This document shows, piece after piece, positions 50,581 through 62,640 of a DNA stretch of 64,000 nucleotides (its first letter is position 1; every line of letters starts with the position of its first letter). The DNA comes from Rhynchobatus australiae (Eukaryota). Location: NCBI GenBank assembly GCA_034780895.1, contig JAUZTB010000068.1, positions 24,686,828 to 24,750,827 on the forward strand, written 5' to 3'. The notes under the pieces are model-generated. The model was not told where the DNA came from. It saw nothing but the letters and a program-made list of their open reading frames with translations, and did not search any database. The position numbers and the translations under genes are program-made.

Positions 50581-52429
50581 TGATATANNNNNNNNNNNNN
50601 NNNNNNNNNNNNNNNNTTTAGGTCTGTAGTATCTCATAGGATTATTAAACAGTGCAGATTGTTTTTCAGCAAAGCAGTTTGGTTTTTGGAGTGAAAGAAA
50701 ATATCCCATATTAGTGTGATCAATCTTAAATTGAAAATTAAGAGCCAGAACTTAGTGCAATGGTCAAATAATTTCCTCCCTATTTCCTCTGTGAATCATG
50801 AGCACATACTTGTTTGAGTGGATTGTAAGGACTGATTTGAGAGGAAGGACATGTGATACTCACACATATTGTAAGTTTGCAGTGTAGCCAGATCCTGCCA
50901 GCAATCCTTGAGCAAAACTACTTGATGTCAGCATTGTCTTTAAGGCCCAGAATGATCTCGTTAATGGATTATATCAACCACACACAAAGAGCTAAGTGCT
51001 CAGCAACAAAAAGAAAACTCCATCTCCCAGCTCTGCTATTTAAAGGGATCGTCAATAACTTGCAGGTGTGAAGTGAAAGATTGGAAGGAATGCAATTTTC
51101 TCAGGAGAGTGCCATTGGAAGTGATCAAAGTTTAGGATGAGTGTTGTGACTCAGCTTTGAATTCTGCCCTGAACTCCTGCCTTCAGACAAACTTGCGGCT
51201 GGCAGGCATGGGTGTACTGTTGATTTCTGCTTCTGGGCCTTTGACATGTCAAAGGGAGGGTCTGCAGAGCAGGACAACCCCCTGGAAAAAGATAGAAGAG
51301 GAGGAGAAGGGAACAAAAGTCCTAAGCTGGAGACTCCATACACAATGCTTTAGAGAGTTCACAAAATTTCTCAAAGCAAGTGGAACTAAATATATTGCTT
51401 TCTCATATGGAAACCAAAAATGCTCCAGATACTCTGTAGGTCAAGCAACACCTGTGGAAGGAGAAACAGACTTGATGTTTCAGGTCACTGGAGAGGTTAT
51501 CAGTCTGAAAGGTTGCTGTTTCTCTCTGCATAGATATTGCTGGAATGTTTCTAACACCTTTTTAATTCCAACTTCCAGCAACTGTAGTTTTTTTTTTGCT
51601 TTTCACCTCTTTCTCCATTAATAGGGAACAACAAACAACTTGTTGTTAGGTTTCACCAGGACTGCGGGCTTCTCTGTATGGCCTACACTACATTGCATTG
51701 AGACCTCCATCTGAAAACTCAAAGCTGGTCTGTGTGGTGAATTTCTAAATCTTCCACTACTGGGCAATAAACAAGTTTAGATCTTGGCTGTAGCTGTGGA
51801 GAAGGAGGAGGATGTGTAGAAGGAGAGAAAAGAAGAAAAGAAGGAGCAATGGGAAACCAATGAGAAGCTTCCTTCTGTGCAGGCAAATGGGGAAACTATA
51901 AAAGTCTATGATTTTATAAAGAACTTTCCAATTCCCCATTGTTCTAATATTGCCATCCTCTTGTTGTTGATCATCTCAATGTCCCTTTGATCAAAACTAT
52001 AGGTCACCAAGATATACCGCACCCACACTAAATAAGACTTGTTTCCAACCATCAAGAAGTAACTTACAAATATTAACTAATCACCCTTGCACATACCTGT
52101 ACTGCCCATGTGACTTTGCCTGAACCAGAAGTAGCACCTCAAAGATTGCCTTAATCCTGACCATGTCCTTGATACAAGTTGCCTTGATCCCATCCTACAA
52201 CATATCATCTGGCCCAGACTTGCTGCTATTCTCGGCCTGAATGGAGATGGAAAGGACCAAATGACAACTGATCAACAATAGGTCCTNNNNNNNNNNNNNN
52301 NNNNNNNNNNNNNNNNNNNNNNNNNNNNNNNNNNNNNNNNNNNNNNNNNNNNNNNNNNNNNNNNNNNNNNNNNNNNNNNNNNNNNNGGTCCTCTGGGGCG
52401 GGTGACATCCTTGCTGATGTTTTAAACAT

Positions 52430-54270
52430 GACACAGAGGGACAAATGGTTTAATTCACAGCCTCATCTCCCTCACATGGGAATAGGAGAGCGTACCAGGG
52501 GACCTCAGAGACATGTGACTATCCCAACAAAGTTCAGATTGTGGTTTGTGCAAAGTGGTCTCCCACTGTCAAATACATGGACAGTCGTTGCTTGGATCTT
52601 CCTCCTCTGCCTCCTTCCATTGGTCAAACAGCTATTCCGAGTCTCTGTGCAGGTTCCATCCTTCAAGAGCTACAATGGATCTTCACTGCATGGCAACTCC
52701 AAGAAAAAATCAGAAAGCAACATCAACCAATATCCATGGCCATTTTTATCCTGTGGAGCACCAATCTCAAATCTGGCTGTGCTCAGAAGTTCATCTTCAT
52801 TATATGACTACCACACGATGACATGCATCTGAAGTTCTAACCAAAGGTCCACAAAGGTCCACCTGCACTGCACTGCACTTTCTCTGTAACTGTAATAACA
52901 TCTCCTGCATTCTGTTTTTATTTCCTTTCGTACTACCTCAATGTACTTAGATGTATGGAATGATCTGTCTGGATGGCATGCAATCAAAAGCGTTTCAGTC
53001 TATCTCAGTACATGTAACAATAATAAACAATTTACCAATTACCAGGCCCAATACTAATTCAGACTGCTGTCAAGCAAAACTATGTTATTGTCCAAACTTC
53101 TTTCCAATTTCCGCACTGCTATACCACATGTCACTTCCAACATACTCCATGCTGGAAGGGAGCAAATCTACAGGATTATTGGGAAGCTCTTAAACTTCAT
53201 CACCTCTGTTCCAGAACCAAGTTCACTCCAAGCTCAGTCATCAAGCTGCAGAATGCAGGCAATGCTCCTCAGAAGCTGATGTTTGACTCATTCACTGAAC
53301 CATTCAAGAGAAAATGGGCCTAACTTTAAATATCCTCACCTAACATGTCATCACTGTAGAAAACTGTGCCCTGATAATAAAGATCCATGACAGATGATTG
53401 TTTGAAGAACTAGATGTCAAACTCAGCAATAAACCCAGGGTTGACTGGGCAGCAGTAATCACCACCCTCATATTGTATCTACAGCAGGCAACTCAAACCA
53501 CTGGAGAGATGTCACCAATGCTGTCTCCCATGATATTCTCTGAATTTAATGACAGGATAAGTGAAGCAGTAAGTGTCCTCTTCCAAGTTAACATTCCCAG
53601 CAATGATGTACTATTACATTCATTTGTCTCCAACCAGTGGACTACATGTCCACATGCCTATAACCAGACACTGGAAACAGATACTCTATTCTAAACTCAG
53701 CCAGAGCACGAGAATTCCAGGAAGACAGAGCAAATGTTTCAAGAATATCGTTAAAACTTTTAAGAAAAAATATGAGATACTCCTTGAATGTAACATTTTC
53801 TCTTGAATGCTTCAGTGAATGAGTCGAACATTGGCTTCTGAGGAGAATTGTCTGCATTCTGCTGTTTGATGACTGAGGCTGGAGTGAACTTGGTTCTGAA
53901 ATAGAGGTGATGAAGGTTTAACAGCTTCCCAGTAATCCTGTAGATTTGTTCCCTTCCAGCATGGAATTTGTTGGAAGTGACATGAACTACAGCAGTGAGG
54001 AAATTGGAAAGAAGTTTGGGCTACAACATAGTCCTGACAATCCCTGACCGGTGACGTCTCAACATGGGGAAGGAGCAGCTGGGAAGGAACTGATCACCTC
54101 AAGTGCCTTCTGTCAGGGCACATGAAAGCTAAACTAAAAGAGTAGAAGGAGCACAGTACCCGCCAAACCTCACCTGTGGCAGAGTCTGCAGGTCCCACAT
54201 TGGTCTTATCAGTTGCCTACAAACCAAAAGAGGTGGAGTGGAAGTCAATCATCCTTGATCCTGAGAGATG
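52430..54270 (+). mobile_element. Decayed RTE-clade LINE
   Basis: IFTAWQLQEKIRKQHQPISMA (cf. RTE MIFTARQLQEKCREQ), PGRQSKCFKNIVK (cf. GGQRKRFKD) and C-terminal CGRVCRSHIGLIS at ~54175-54213. Confidence 0.85.
52862..53043 (+). mobile_element. Short LINE 3' tail (probably Rex1/Babar type) inserted in the RTE
   Basis: ctgcactttctctgtaactg...gtacatgtaacaataataaac followed by (ttaccaa) repeats. Family assignment is from recall only. Confidence 0.55.
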
Positions 54271-54714
54271 TCTGAAGATGTCCAGCAAAGGTGTTCCTTA
54301 CTCCACCACAGATTTCTCTCTCAACACAGGGCACTGCTGACTTACTCTGGATTTTTTTTTATTTTTACTGCGGTTTGCAGCATTGTACATTGTACCACCA
54401 TCTCAAATGATAATATGCAATCTATGAATCTAACCACTGGGCAATCACAGACCCACTCCCAGTGCAGACTGGGATCAAGCAAAGCTGTGTTATTAATTTT
54501 TCTTGCCACAAAATCACCCCACACCTCAAGCAAGCTCCTCACTGGAGTAGAGCTGGGCAATAATTCACCATGCATTTGTATAATTGTGCAAATGCTGACT
54601 GTGATTTGAACAAATTATGGAACTCAGCTTCAACTTGGTACCGCAGATCACTTGCATAAATACATATGTATAGTGACCCACTCTTGGCCCCAATGCCACA
54701 GCTCATCCATTCCG

Positions 54715-54985
54715 TTCAGAATCAGAATCAGGTTTATTATCACCGACTGATATATCATGAAAGTTGTTGTCTTGCTGCAGCAGTACTATAAATTACAAAA
54801 TAAATAAATAGTTTTAAAAAAGGAATAACGCAGTGACATTTATGAGTTCACGGACTGTTCAGGAATCTGATGGCGGAGGGGAAGAAGCTGTTCCTAAATC
54901 ACTGAGTGTGGGTCTTCAGGTTCCTGTACCTCCTCCCCGATGGTAGTAACGAGAAGAGGGCATGTGCCGGATGGTGTGGGTCTTC
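54715..54985 (-). mobile_element. LINE 3' end (probably Rex1/Babar type)
   Basis: (cagaat)n tail plus tttattat, then gggaagaagctgttcct...cctgtacctcctccccgatgg, which reads PSGRRYR on the minus strand. Confidence 0.65.
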
Positions 54986-57494
54986 CAGTAAAATTGCAGG
55001 GCCTCCTCTGATGACATCCTTGAACTTGATCTGCAGGTGAAAATTAAAAAAAAGCTGATGCTAGTGCAGGCAATACAAAATAAAAACAGAAAATTCAAGA
55101 AATTTCAATCAAGTATGGGGGCAGGTGTGGAAAGAGAAACAGAGTTAACATTTCAAACGGGTCTGCTTCTCTTTCTACGGATGCTGTCTGAGCTGCTGAG
55201 TGTCCCTTCCTTCAACCGAGCCGGATGAGACTGGAATGCAGCAGAAGGGCAGAAAAACGCAAGTGCCTGGGTTCATTTTGGCTGGGAGGGGTCAGCTGTA
55301 GTTAGCAGTAATGCATCATTACTGAAATGACTGAGCAAGGTTTTAAAATGCTGCACGAGCCAGCAAGAACCAGGGCTATTTACGATGCCATCTGATAATT
55401 AATCAGATAAATATCAGCAATTAAAGTGCCCAAAACTATTGTTGGCCCCACGTGTGTAATATGTGGCTAAATAAATAAATGGAACTAAACCATTCTCTCT
55501 GAGCTCAATCATATTGGGCTTCTACAGATCTGGTGGTGGTGCAGATTCATTCAAAGCTGAATGAACGTTCATTGAATGTTCAGTGGGGAAATACTAAAAG
55601 CTTTCCAAACTTCATTTGACTGAGTGATGGCATTGTGAAACCTAAATATACTAACCCAGAGGGACTATTCAAATTCATTCAGATATTTTGATATCCAGTG
55701 TTAAAATTTGGATTTCAGGTAAAACTATTTGAGTCTCAAAACAGCTTATTTTCTCCATAGCATGGACCAGCTCTCTGCATGAAAAATCTCTTTTATAAGT
55801 ACATTTCCCCATTAATTTAAACGAGCAGGGAATACTGATGAATGTTTGTGTCTCCTTCATTCCTTTCTGTTTGTATAGTGAGTACCAACTGGATTACTGA
55901 GCTCAACATTAACAGGCAGCTAATTAACATCAACAGAAATACACTCAGTGGGTTGCACTGTTTGTGTGAGTACAGCTAAAAGTGTCAGGCTCAGCACTGT
56001 ATTGATTGACTGGTTTCCAGAAAGAATCAAAACCACTCACTGCTTAAACAAAAATATTCAAAGATTATCTATCATTTTTATTTTGTTTCAGCCAATGAAG
56101 GCAGTAATACATGTTAAGCTCCATGAGAGTATTTCCCTCATCTTCCTTTATCACAAAATTATTCCTCAGGAGTCATGGCTTGGGCAGTCAGTTACAACCA
56201 CACAGACTATCATGGCCGAACTCCATCTTCTTACCAAATGGTAATATCAATGTGTGTCCAGCAGATGTCACTGGATGTCTATCAGTAACAGGAGCTTTGG
56301 TTAATTTACCCTTCCCCAGTCTTTCAATTAAACATCCCTTGTACTTCTACTGCAATCTGCTCTGATACTGGTTGGCTCAACACAGGTCACAGCCTTGATC
56401 TCTCTGGTCTGTATAACTCAGTTACACAAAGCCTTGTGAAAACTGGTAAGGAGGCTTTACTGGTCCTTTTTCACAAAGGAAGACGGTGATAATTTGAAGT
56501 TCTGTTCAGGCACAATACCATTCATTTCTGTGACCCAACATGAGTAGTGTTTAAGGAACAGTAATGTGCTCTCCTTTATCACAGAAAGAAATCCGAGTGG
56601 CTTGCTAGGCTGTTTCAGAGGGCTGTTGGAAGTTGCTGTGGTTCAGGATTATTAACTCACAGGAGTTATTCACTACTTGATTGCGGAAAATAGACTCCAA
56701 GAACTACAAGTTGGAGTATAATAAAATTTGGAAGATTTGAATGTTTATAATAAAAAATATCACCCAGACAATCCTACACTCCTGGTAATTTAGTAGGAGA
56801 GCCCATGTCCTATATTCTTGTCCTTTTTGCCTTCTCTGTCACTTTCTATGTCCTTTCCTTCGTCTACCTCCTCTCCTGCTCTGCATGTTCCATCTGATTT
56901 TTAATAATTGCCAGAACTCTGCAGTTGACCTATCAGCACAAAATGATTTAATTTTCTGTTATTTTGTTCTACTTCTATTCACTTTTTCAATCTGCATATA
57001 TTTATGATAATTAACATNNNTGCACCTTTCTCTGTGAAAATGTTTTCTTGTTCAATTTTGTTACTGTACCTTCTCATCTTAGTTTGATTTAATGCAGTAA
57101 AGGCTTCACTATCTGGCATCCATGGAGAATAGGGGGCTGTCAGTTAATCAAATGTGCTGGTTAGTCAAGAGCTAATTATGTTTTTGCATAATCATTAATA
57201 TTAACGAATATGACTGGCTCAAAGTTTAAAGTCCTGAACTGGGGCAGAGCAAATTTTGGAGCCATTTGGCAGAATCTTGCAGTGGTTGATTGGGCGAGAT
57301 TGTTTGCAAGGAAAGGAATGTCTGCCAAGTGGAAAGCTTTTTAAAGTGTGATGTCAGGAGTTCAGGGCCTGCATGTTCCTGTTAGGGTGAAGGACTTGTG
57401 AAACAATATTCTATAGAACTCACCCATGATTGGCAATCAGCATTACCCAACAGACAAGAGAAGAAAACAAATATCAAAAAATAAACAAAATAAC

Positions 57495-57950
57495 AATGTC
57501 GGACTGGCCACTCACTCAGTGCTGCCCAGATATTGGCCCGGATGTTCCCTCAACACTGTTCTAACATTGGCCTGGGGATTCCCTTAATGCTCCTCTGATG
57601 TTGGATTGGGCATTCTCTCATTCTCTCCATGTCAGACTGGGCACTCCCTTGGCATTACCTCGAAATCAACCTGGGCACGCCCTTGGTGCTACCCCAATGT
57701 CAGACTGATGCTCCCTCAGTTCTGCCCCAATTCAGCTGAGGCGATCCCTCAGTGCTGCCTCTGTTCTCTCATGGCACTGCTCAATATTAACCCGAGGACC
57801 TTCTCGGTGCCGTGCAAATGTTGACCCGGGCCTTCTCTTAGTGCTGCCCGAATGTCAGCCTGGGTGCTCCTACAGTACTGCTCAATATTGGTCAGGGTGG
57901 TCCACTGACAGTGCCCTGATTTTGGCCCAGGTGATCCCTTTGCAGTCCCA
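57495..57950. repeat. Degenerate tandem repeat, ~33-34 bp period, ~13 copies
   Basis: Units approximate aatgtcagcctgggcactccctcagtgctgcccc. Confidence 0.8.
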
Positions 57951-58684
57951 GTTAGAGTCAGAGTCATGCAGCATATAGAAAGCCCTTCATCCCACCACAT
58001 CTGTGCTGACATTTTTTGCCCATCAACATTTAAGTGTCAGGGAAGTGCTTTGCTGCATCCGTTCTCCATACCCCTTTAGTCTCTTCTACATTCATGTATC
58101 AGTCTNNNNNNNNNNCTAATGCATCTAATTGATTCCTTATTCCTTTTCAATTCCTTATTCATGATTTCTTCTATTTCTTAACAATTTTGTTTTATATTTT
58201 TCCATTTAGCCCTCACCTTTATCAATTTATAAATTTATCCTTCCCCCCTCAGCTTTCAATGTTAAACTTTGTTTATCTCTTGGACTGAAACATTTTTCTT
58301 TCCTCATTTCCAAGTCATGCTTCTTGGCCTGTCCCCTTCATATAATTTCTCCCCTCATCTTAATATTTAGCAATAATTTTCACATATTCTTTTAGGTCTA
58401 AATTATTTTTCTCACTGGTCATTTCTATCTTTCTGTCAGCTTTATTTACTGTTTCTTATTGCAGCCATTTTCTATATATCTTTTACTAACTGCTACAACC
58501 TACTTTTTAAAATTGCACCCTCATTGTCTCGTTTCTCATACTTCTTTTCCTCTCTATCCTGGTTATCTTGTCTTAAATTCTGCTGACATTGTTTTACTCT
58601 GCATGATCCGTTTGTTTGTTGTCCATTTCTCTTTGGTTTAATTTCCAATTCAACATTATTAATGTGAAACTCCCTCATCTGTTC

Positions 58685-59753
58685 TGCATTTTGTCATTGG
58701 TAAATGTCTCATCACTTTCATTTCATTTCTTTCAGCATGACTTTAATTCAGAAGGCAGCACCAAATTCAATTTGCCGTTCCATACACAGAACTGGGAGGT
58801 GGACACCAGACTCATGGAGGAGGCAACCTGGGGTACAGAGAAAGTCCATACAGCTCCCTCTGTTGGTTCCCTGATAAGTATCCATTTCTTCAAGCTTTTA
58901 AAAATAATTCCACGTTCACGCTTCATAACTGAATGCAAATCCACATGTGCAAATGATCTTTATTCATAAAGGTCACTCCGAACATTCCCATCGCCCAAAC
59001 AACCATACCACACTGTGTGATAGTTCTCATAAAACAAAATTAAAATTAATTGGGTGTGAAAACTTCGAACAGTGGTGAACGAGGTCTTGTCCTTCTCTTG
59101 AGGAGATGCCACATCACTGCCACTAATTTCCATAACCCAATGAGCCAGACTCAAGAAGATAATATTGATGATATCTTTATAAAATTAATTCAACCAATAA
59201 AGCACTTTTCAGATTTTCTTTCAAAATAAAGAACAATAATCTCAACATCATAATTTTTATTTACTTATTTTTATTTGCCCGGTTCTGCCAAGGCATTCAT
59301 TTCTTTCTATTTTCTATTTGCCTTTAGTAAGAGGATGTTAAGATGCCTTAAATTAGGTGTGGATTTTGAGTACTTAGATCTATTAATGATGAAAAAAGAA
59401 GAACTTGCAAGCCAGGATGGAATGTTACTGACTAGAAACTTGTTGCTGATAGTTGCAGAAAGGTTTGAAGGTGCAATGAAGAAGAATCCATGAAAGTATT
59501 GTGGATTTGCATTCAATTATTTAGAGTGAACATGGAATTAGTTTTAAAATTTGAAAAAAAGAAGACACTTGTCAGGGAACTAACAGAGGGAGCTGTATGT
59601 TTCTTCACCGTACCCAGGTTGGCTCTTGTATGAGTCTGGTGTTCACCTCCTAGTCCTGGGTGGCAAATTGTTTTTGGTGCTGTCTCCGTAATTCAATTCA
59701 GGCTGAAAGAAATGAAATGAAAGTGATGAGACATTTACCAGTGACAGCAGTGC
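58685..59753. repeat. Long inverted repeat (arms 58685-58945 and 59500-59753)
   Basis: Arms align throughout as reverse complements; 58698-58736 and 59702-59740 are an exact 39-bp inverted match. Confidence 0.9.
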
Positions 59754-61356
59754 ATTTTGCAGATGATATACCCTGCAATCTCAAATGTGCTCGTGGTGGC
59801 AAATGTGAAAGTTTAGCATTGTGGATGGGCTTGTTTGCACTCATGAAAGGAGGTAGAGAGTATTTCATCACACACTTGATCCACAGCTTGTAAATAGTGA
59901 TAAGGCTTTTTGAAGTCAAGGAATAAGTTTCTTAATGCAGCCTAACACTGATCTGCCCTTGTAACCTGAATATTTATATGGTCAGTCCAATTGTATTCCT
60001 GGTTGATGGTGACCCACAAGATATTGATGAAAATTTGAAGATTGTTGGACCGAGGAACATCAAGTGTCAAGGAGATGACTTGCTTTGATTGAAATGTGTC
60101 ATAGCCTGCACGTGTTTGGAGAAGGAAAGATATTTCTCACTTACCAGCCCAAGGCTAAATGATTTTCAGGCTAAAATTGCTGCATGCAGGTATATAGTAT
60201 TTCATTATCTGTGAGGTTAGAAAAGAAATTGAGCATTGAGCACTGTGCAATCATCAGTGAATATCCCCACTTCTGAACTGATGATGGAAGGAATGTCANN
60301 NNNNNNNNNNNNNNNNNNNNNNNNNNNNNNNNNNNNNNNNNNNNNNNNNNNNNNNNNNNNNNNNNNNNNNNNNNNNNNNNNNNNNNNNNNNNNNNNNNNN
60401 NNNNNNNNNNNNNNNNNNNNNNNNNNNNNNNNNNNNNNNNNNNNNNNNNNNNNNNNNNNNNNNNNNNNNNNNNNNNNNNNNNNNNNNNNNNNNNNNNNNN
60501 NNNNNNNNNNNNNNNNNNNNNNNNNNNNNNNNNNNNNNNNNNNNNNNNNNNNNNNNNNNNNNNNNNNNNNNNNNNNNNNNNNNNNNNNNNNNNNNNNNNN
60601 NNNNNNNNNNNNNNNNNNNNNNNNNNNNNNNNNAGTTCAGTGACAACTTTAATGAAGTCATGTTGTGTTGTCAGGATTTACACTGAGCATTTGTGAGCAG
60701 ATTATTGGTAGCTTGTAGTTTATATAAGTAAAAGTGTATCTACGAGAATTGAATCTTCTAGGTGGTATGACCTTGGTATATTATTGTATCAGACACTGCT
60801 ATTTTGTTGAGAGCTACTGCCTTCAATAAATGATCGTCAGTTTAGAGCTCTATCTCTACCTAGCCATGCTTGTAGTAGCATGAAGAAACCCACATCAGCA
60901 ATAGAGCTACAGATAGAACATAAGTGTGCAGGCTTTCACTGTTAGTCATATCCTCCATAACAGCTTTGCTAGGACCATGAACAGTTCTTCAGTTCTACAG
61001 CCCAGATGTTGTCAGGTCTCATAACCTTTGCCCGCAGCCTTTCCTTGACAACATGTGAAGTAATTTGAATGGCTGAAGATCGGCTTCTGTGTTCATGTAG
61101 ACATCATGAAGCAGCTTAGATGGATCATCCTTTTGGCACTTCTGGCTGAAGGTGGTTATACACACTTCAGTCTTGTCATTTACGCTCAGATGATGGACTC
61201 CACCATCACTGTTGGAGGCTGTTTTTATGAAGCTTCNNNNNNNNNNNNNNNNNNNNNNNNNNNNNNNNNNNNNNNNNNNNNNNNNNNNNNNNNNNNNNNN
61301 NNNNNNNNNNNNNNNNNNNNNNNNNNNNNNNNNNNNNNNNNNNNNNNNNNNNNNNN

Positions 61357-61555
61357 CAGTCCGCAAGTGTTGCCATGCTTCCAGCACCAACCCCACAACT
61401 TCCTAACCTGTACGTCTTTGGAATGTGAAAGGAAACCGGAGCACCCAGAGGAAACCCACACAAACCCGGAGAGAACTTACAGACAGTGGCCAGAATTGAA
61501 TCAGGGTCACTGGAGCTGTAATAGTATTACGTTAACCGCTACACTACTGTGCCTA
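61357..61555 (-). mobile_element. tRNA-derived SINE
   Basis: ggaaaccggagcacccagaggaaacccacac...gaattgaatcaggg..gctgtaatagtattacgttaaccgctacact, the reverse of 24015-24110. Confidence 0.8.
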
Positions 61556-62038
61556 AGTGCCAAACATCATGTCTGGATGCGGCAGGACTTCAGAGCTTTT
61601 CCTGTGACGTGATGGTCTAGGATCAGTTACCTCTGTTAACAATACACTGCCAACACTATTTAGTGTGCAAATAGTCCAGGGTGCAGCTTCAACTGGTTAG
61701 TATCGCCCAATATGTACTCCTCGTTGAACAAGTGATGGCTCCTCATTGACGATAATTATAGGTGTGGTACAAGCCAGGGTTTGAAGAACACAGATCTACT
61801 GCTGCTAATTGACCACAATGTGCATAGACATCTAACTTTATGTTGTGGAATCCATCCCACTCAACACCAAGGTAGTGCCACACAGCATGACAGAGACTGA
61901 CTCAGTCTACATAAGAACTGATCAATGATCCCAGTGCATAATGAACAGATGGAACTGCAAGATGAGAACAAGAAAAGAAGATGAGGACAAGTAGAATTAT
62001 GCCTTCACCACCTGCTGCAGATCCAGTTTATCCAGTAA

Positions 62039-62105
62039 AATATCAATGACTGAGCTGTCTGAGCCCTGAAGCTTAAAGGGCTCAGACAGCTCGGTCATTG
62101 ATATT
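62039..62105. repeat. Near-perfect hairpin (29-bp stem, 9-nt loop)
   Basis: aatatcaatgactgagctgtctgagccct / agggctcagacagctcggtcattgatatt with a single T:G pair. Confidence 0.9.
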
Positions 62106-62304
62106 GTCACTGAGTCACTCTTGGTGATGAACACTGAAGACATTGATAGACTTCTGATACATTTTGTGGGCTTGTAACCCTCAGTGATTTGTCCAAGTGC
62201 CGTTCAACATTCTGGAGTACCAATTCATCAGCTGAGCAAAGATGTTAGGTGTTAATTAACAGGACGTTTCCTGTTTGTTTATGAGCCTTTTGTGGGGCTT
62301 GTCA

Positions 62305-62640
62305 TAGAGTCATAGATACATAGGGAGATATAGTATAGACAGAGGCCCCAGCCCAAAGAGTCTGCACTGACCATCATGCACCTATCTACACTAATCTACC
62401 CTGACCTATTTTATTGTGCCCACATTCCCATCAACAGCTGCTCCCCTGGATTCTACCACTCACCCTACACACTATGGGCAATTGACAATTAACCTACCAA
62501 CTACCACAATTTTGAGACATCGGAGGAAATCGCCAACTGGACCACCTGGAAGAACATGCAAACTCCANNNNNNNNNNCAGAGTTCAGGATTGAACCCAGG
62601 TTACTGGCACTGCAACAGTGATTCTATTCTGGCTGCCCCA
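62305..62640 (-). mobile_element. tRNA-derived SINE (same family as 2300-2650)
   Basis: catagagtcatag tail, attaacctaccaac body and ttgaacccagg B-box. Confidence 0.7.

Larger units (their letters stand above)
59900..62290 (-). mobile_element. Fragmented LINE of the second CR1/L2-type family
   Basis: cactgtgcaatcatcagtgaatatccccacttctga..tgatggaagg at 60241-60290 is the reverse of the FADD region of 9866-10612. Weaker relics continue rightwards. Confidence 0.6.

Noticed and set aside
51157-51621. 154-aa gap-free ORF
   Set aside because: Non-ATG start, second half runs through a Penelope-derived foldback repeat, and no domain similarity.
56092-56240. Plus-strand exon-like segment after ttttgtttcag, open in one frame (PMKAVIHVKL...)
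   Set aside because: Weak donor (gtaata) and no recognisable protein similarity; expected by chance.
57495-57950. CRISPR-like periodicity
   Set aside because: Contiguous degenerate units without unique spacers, no cas genes, vertebrate context.
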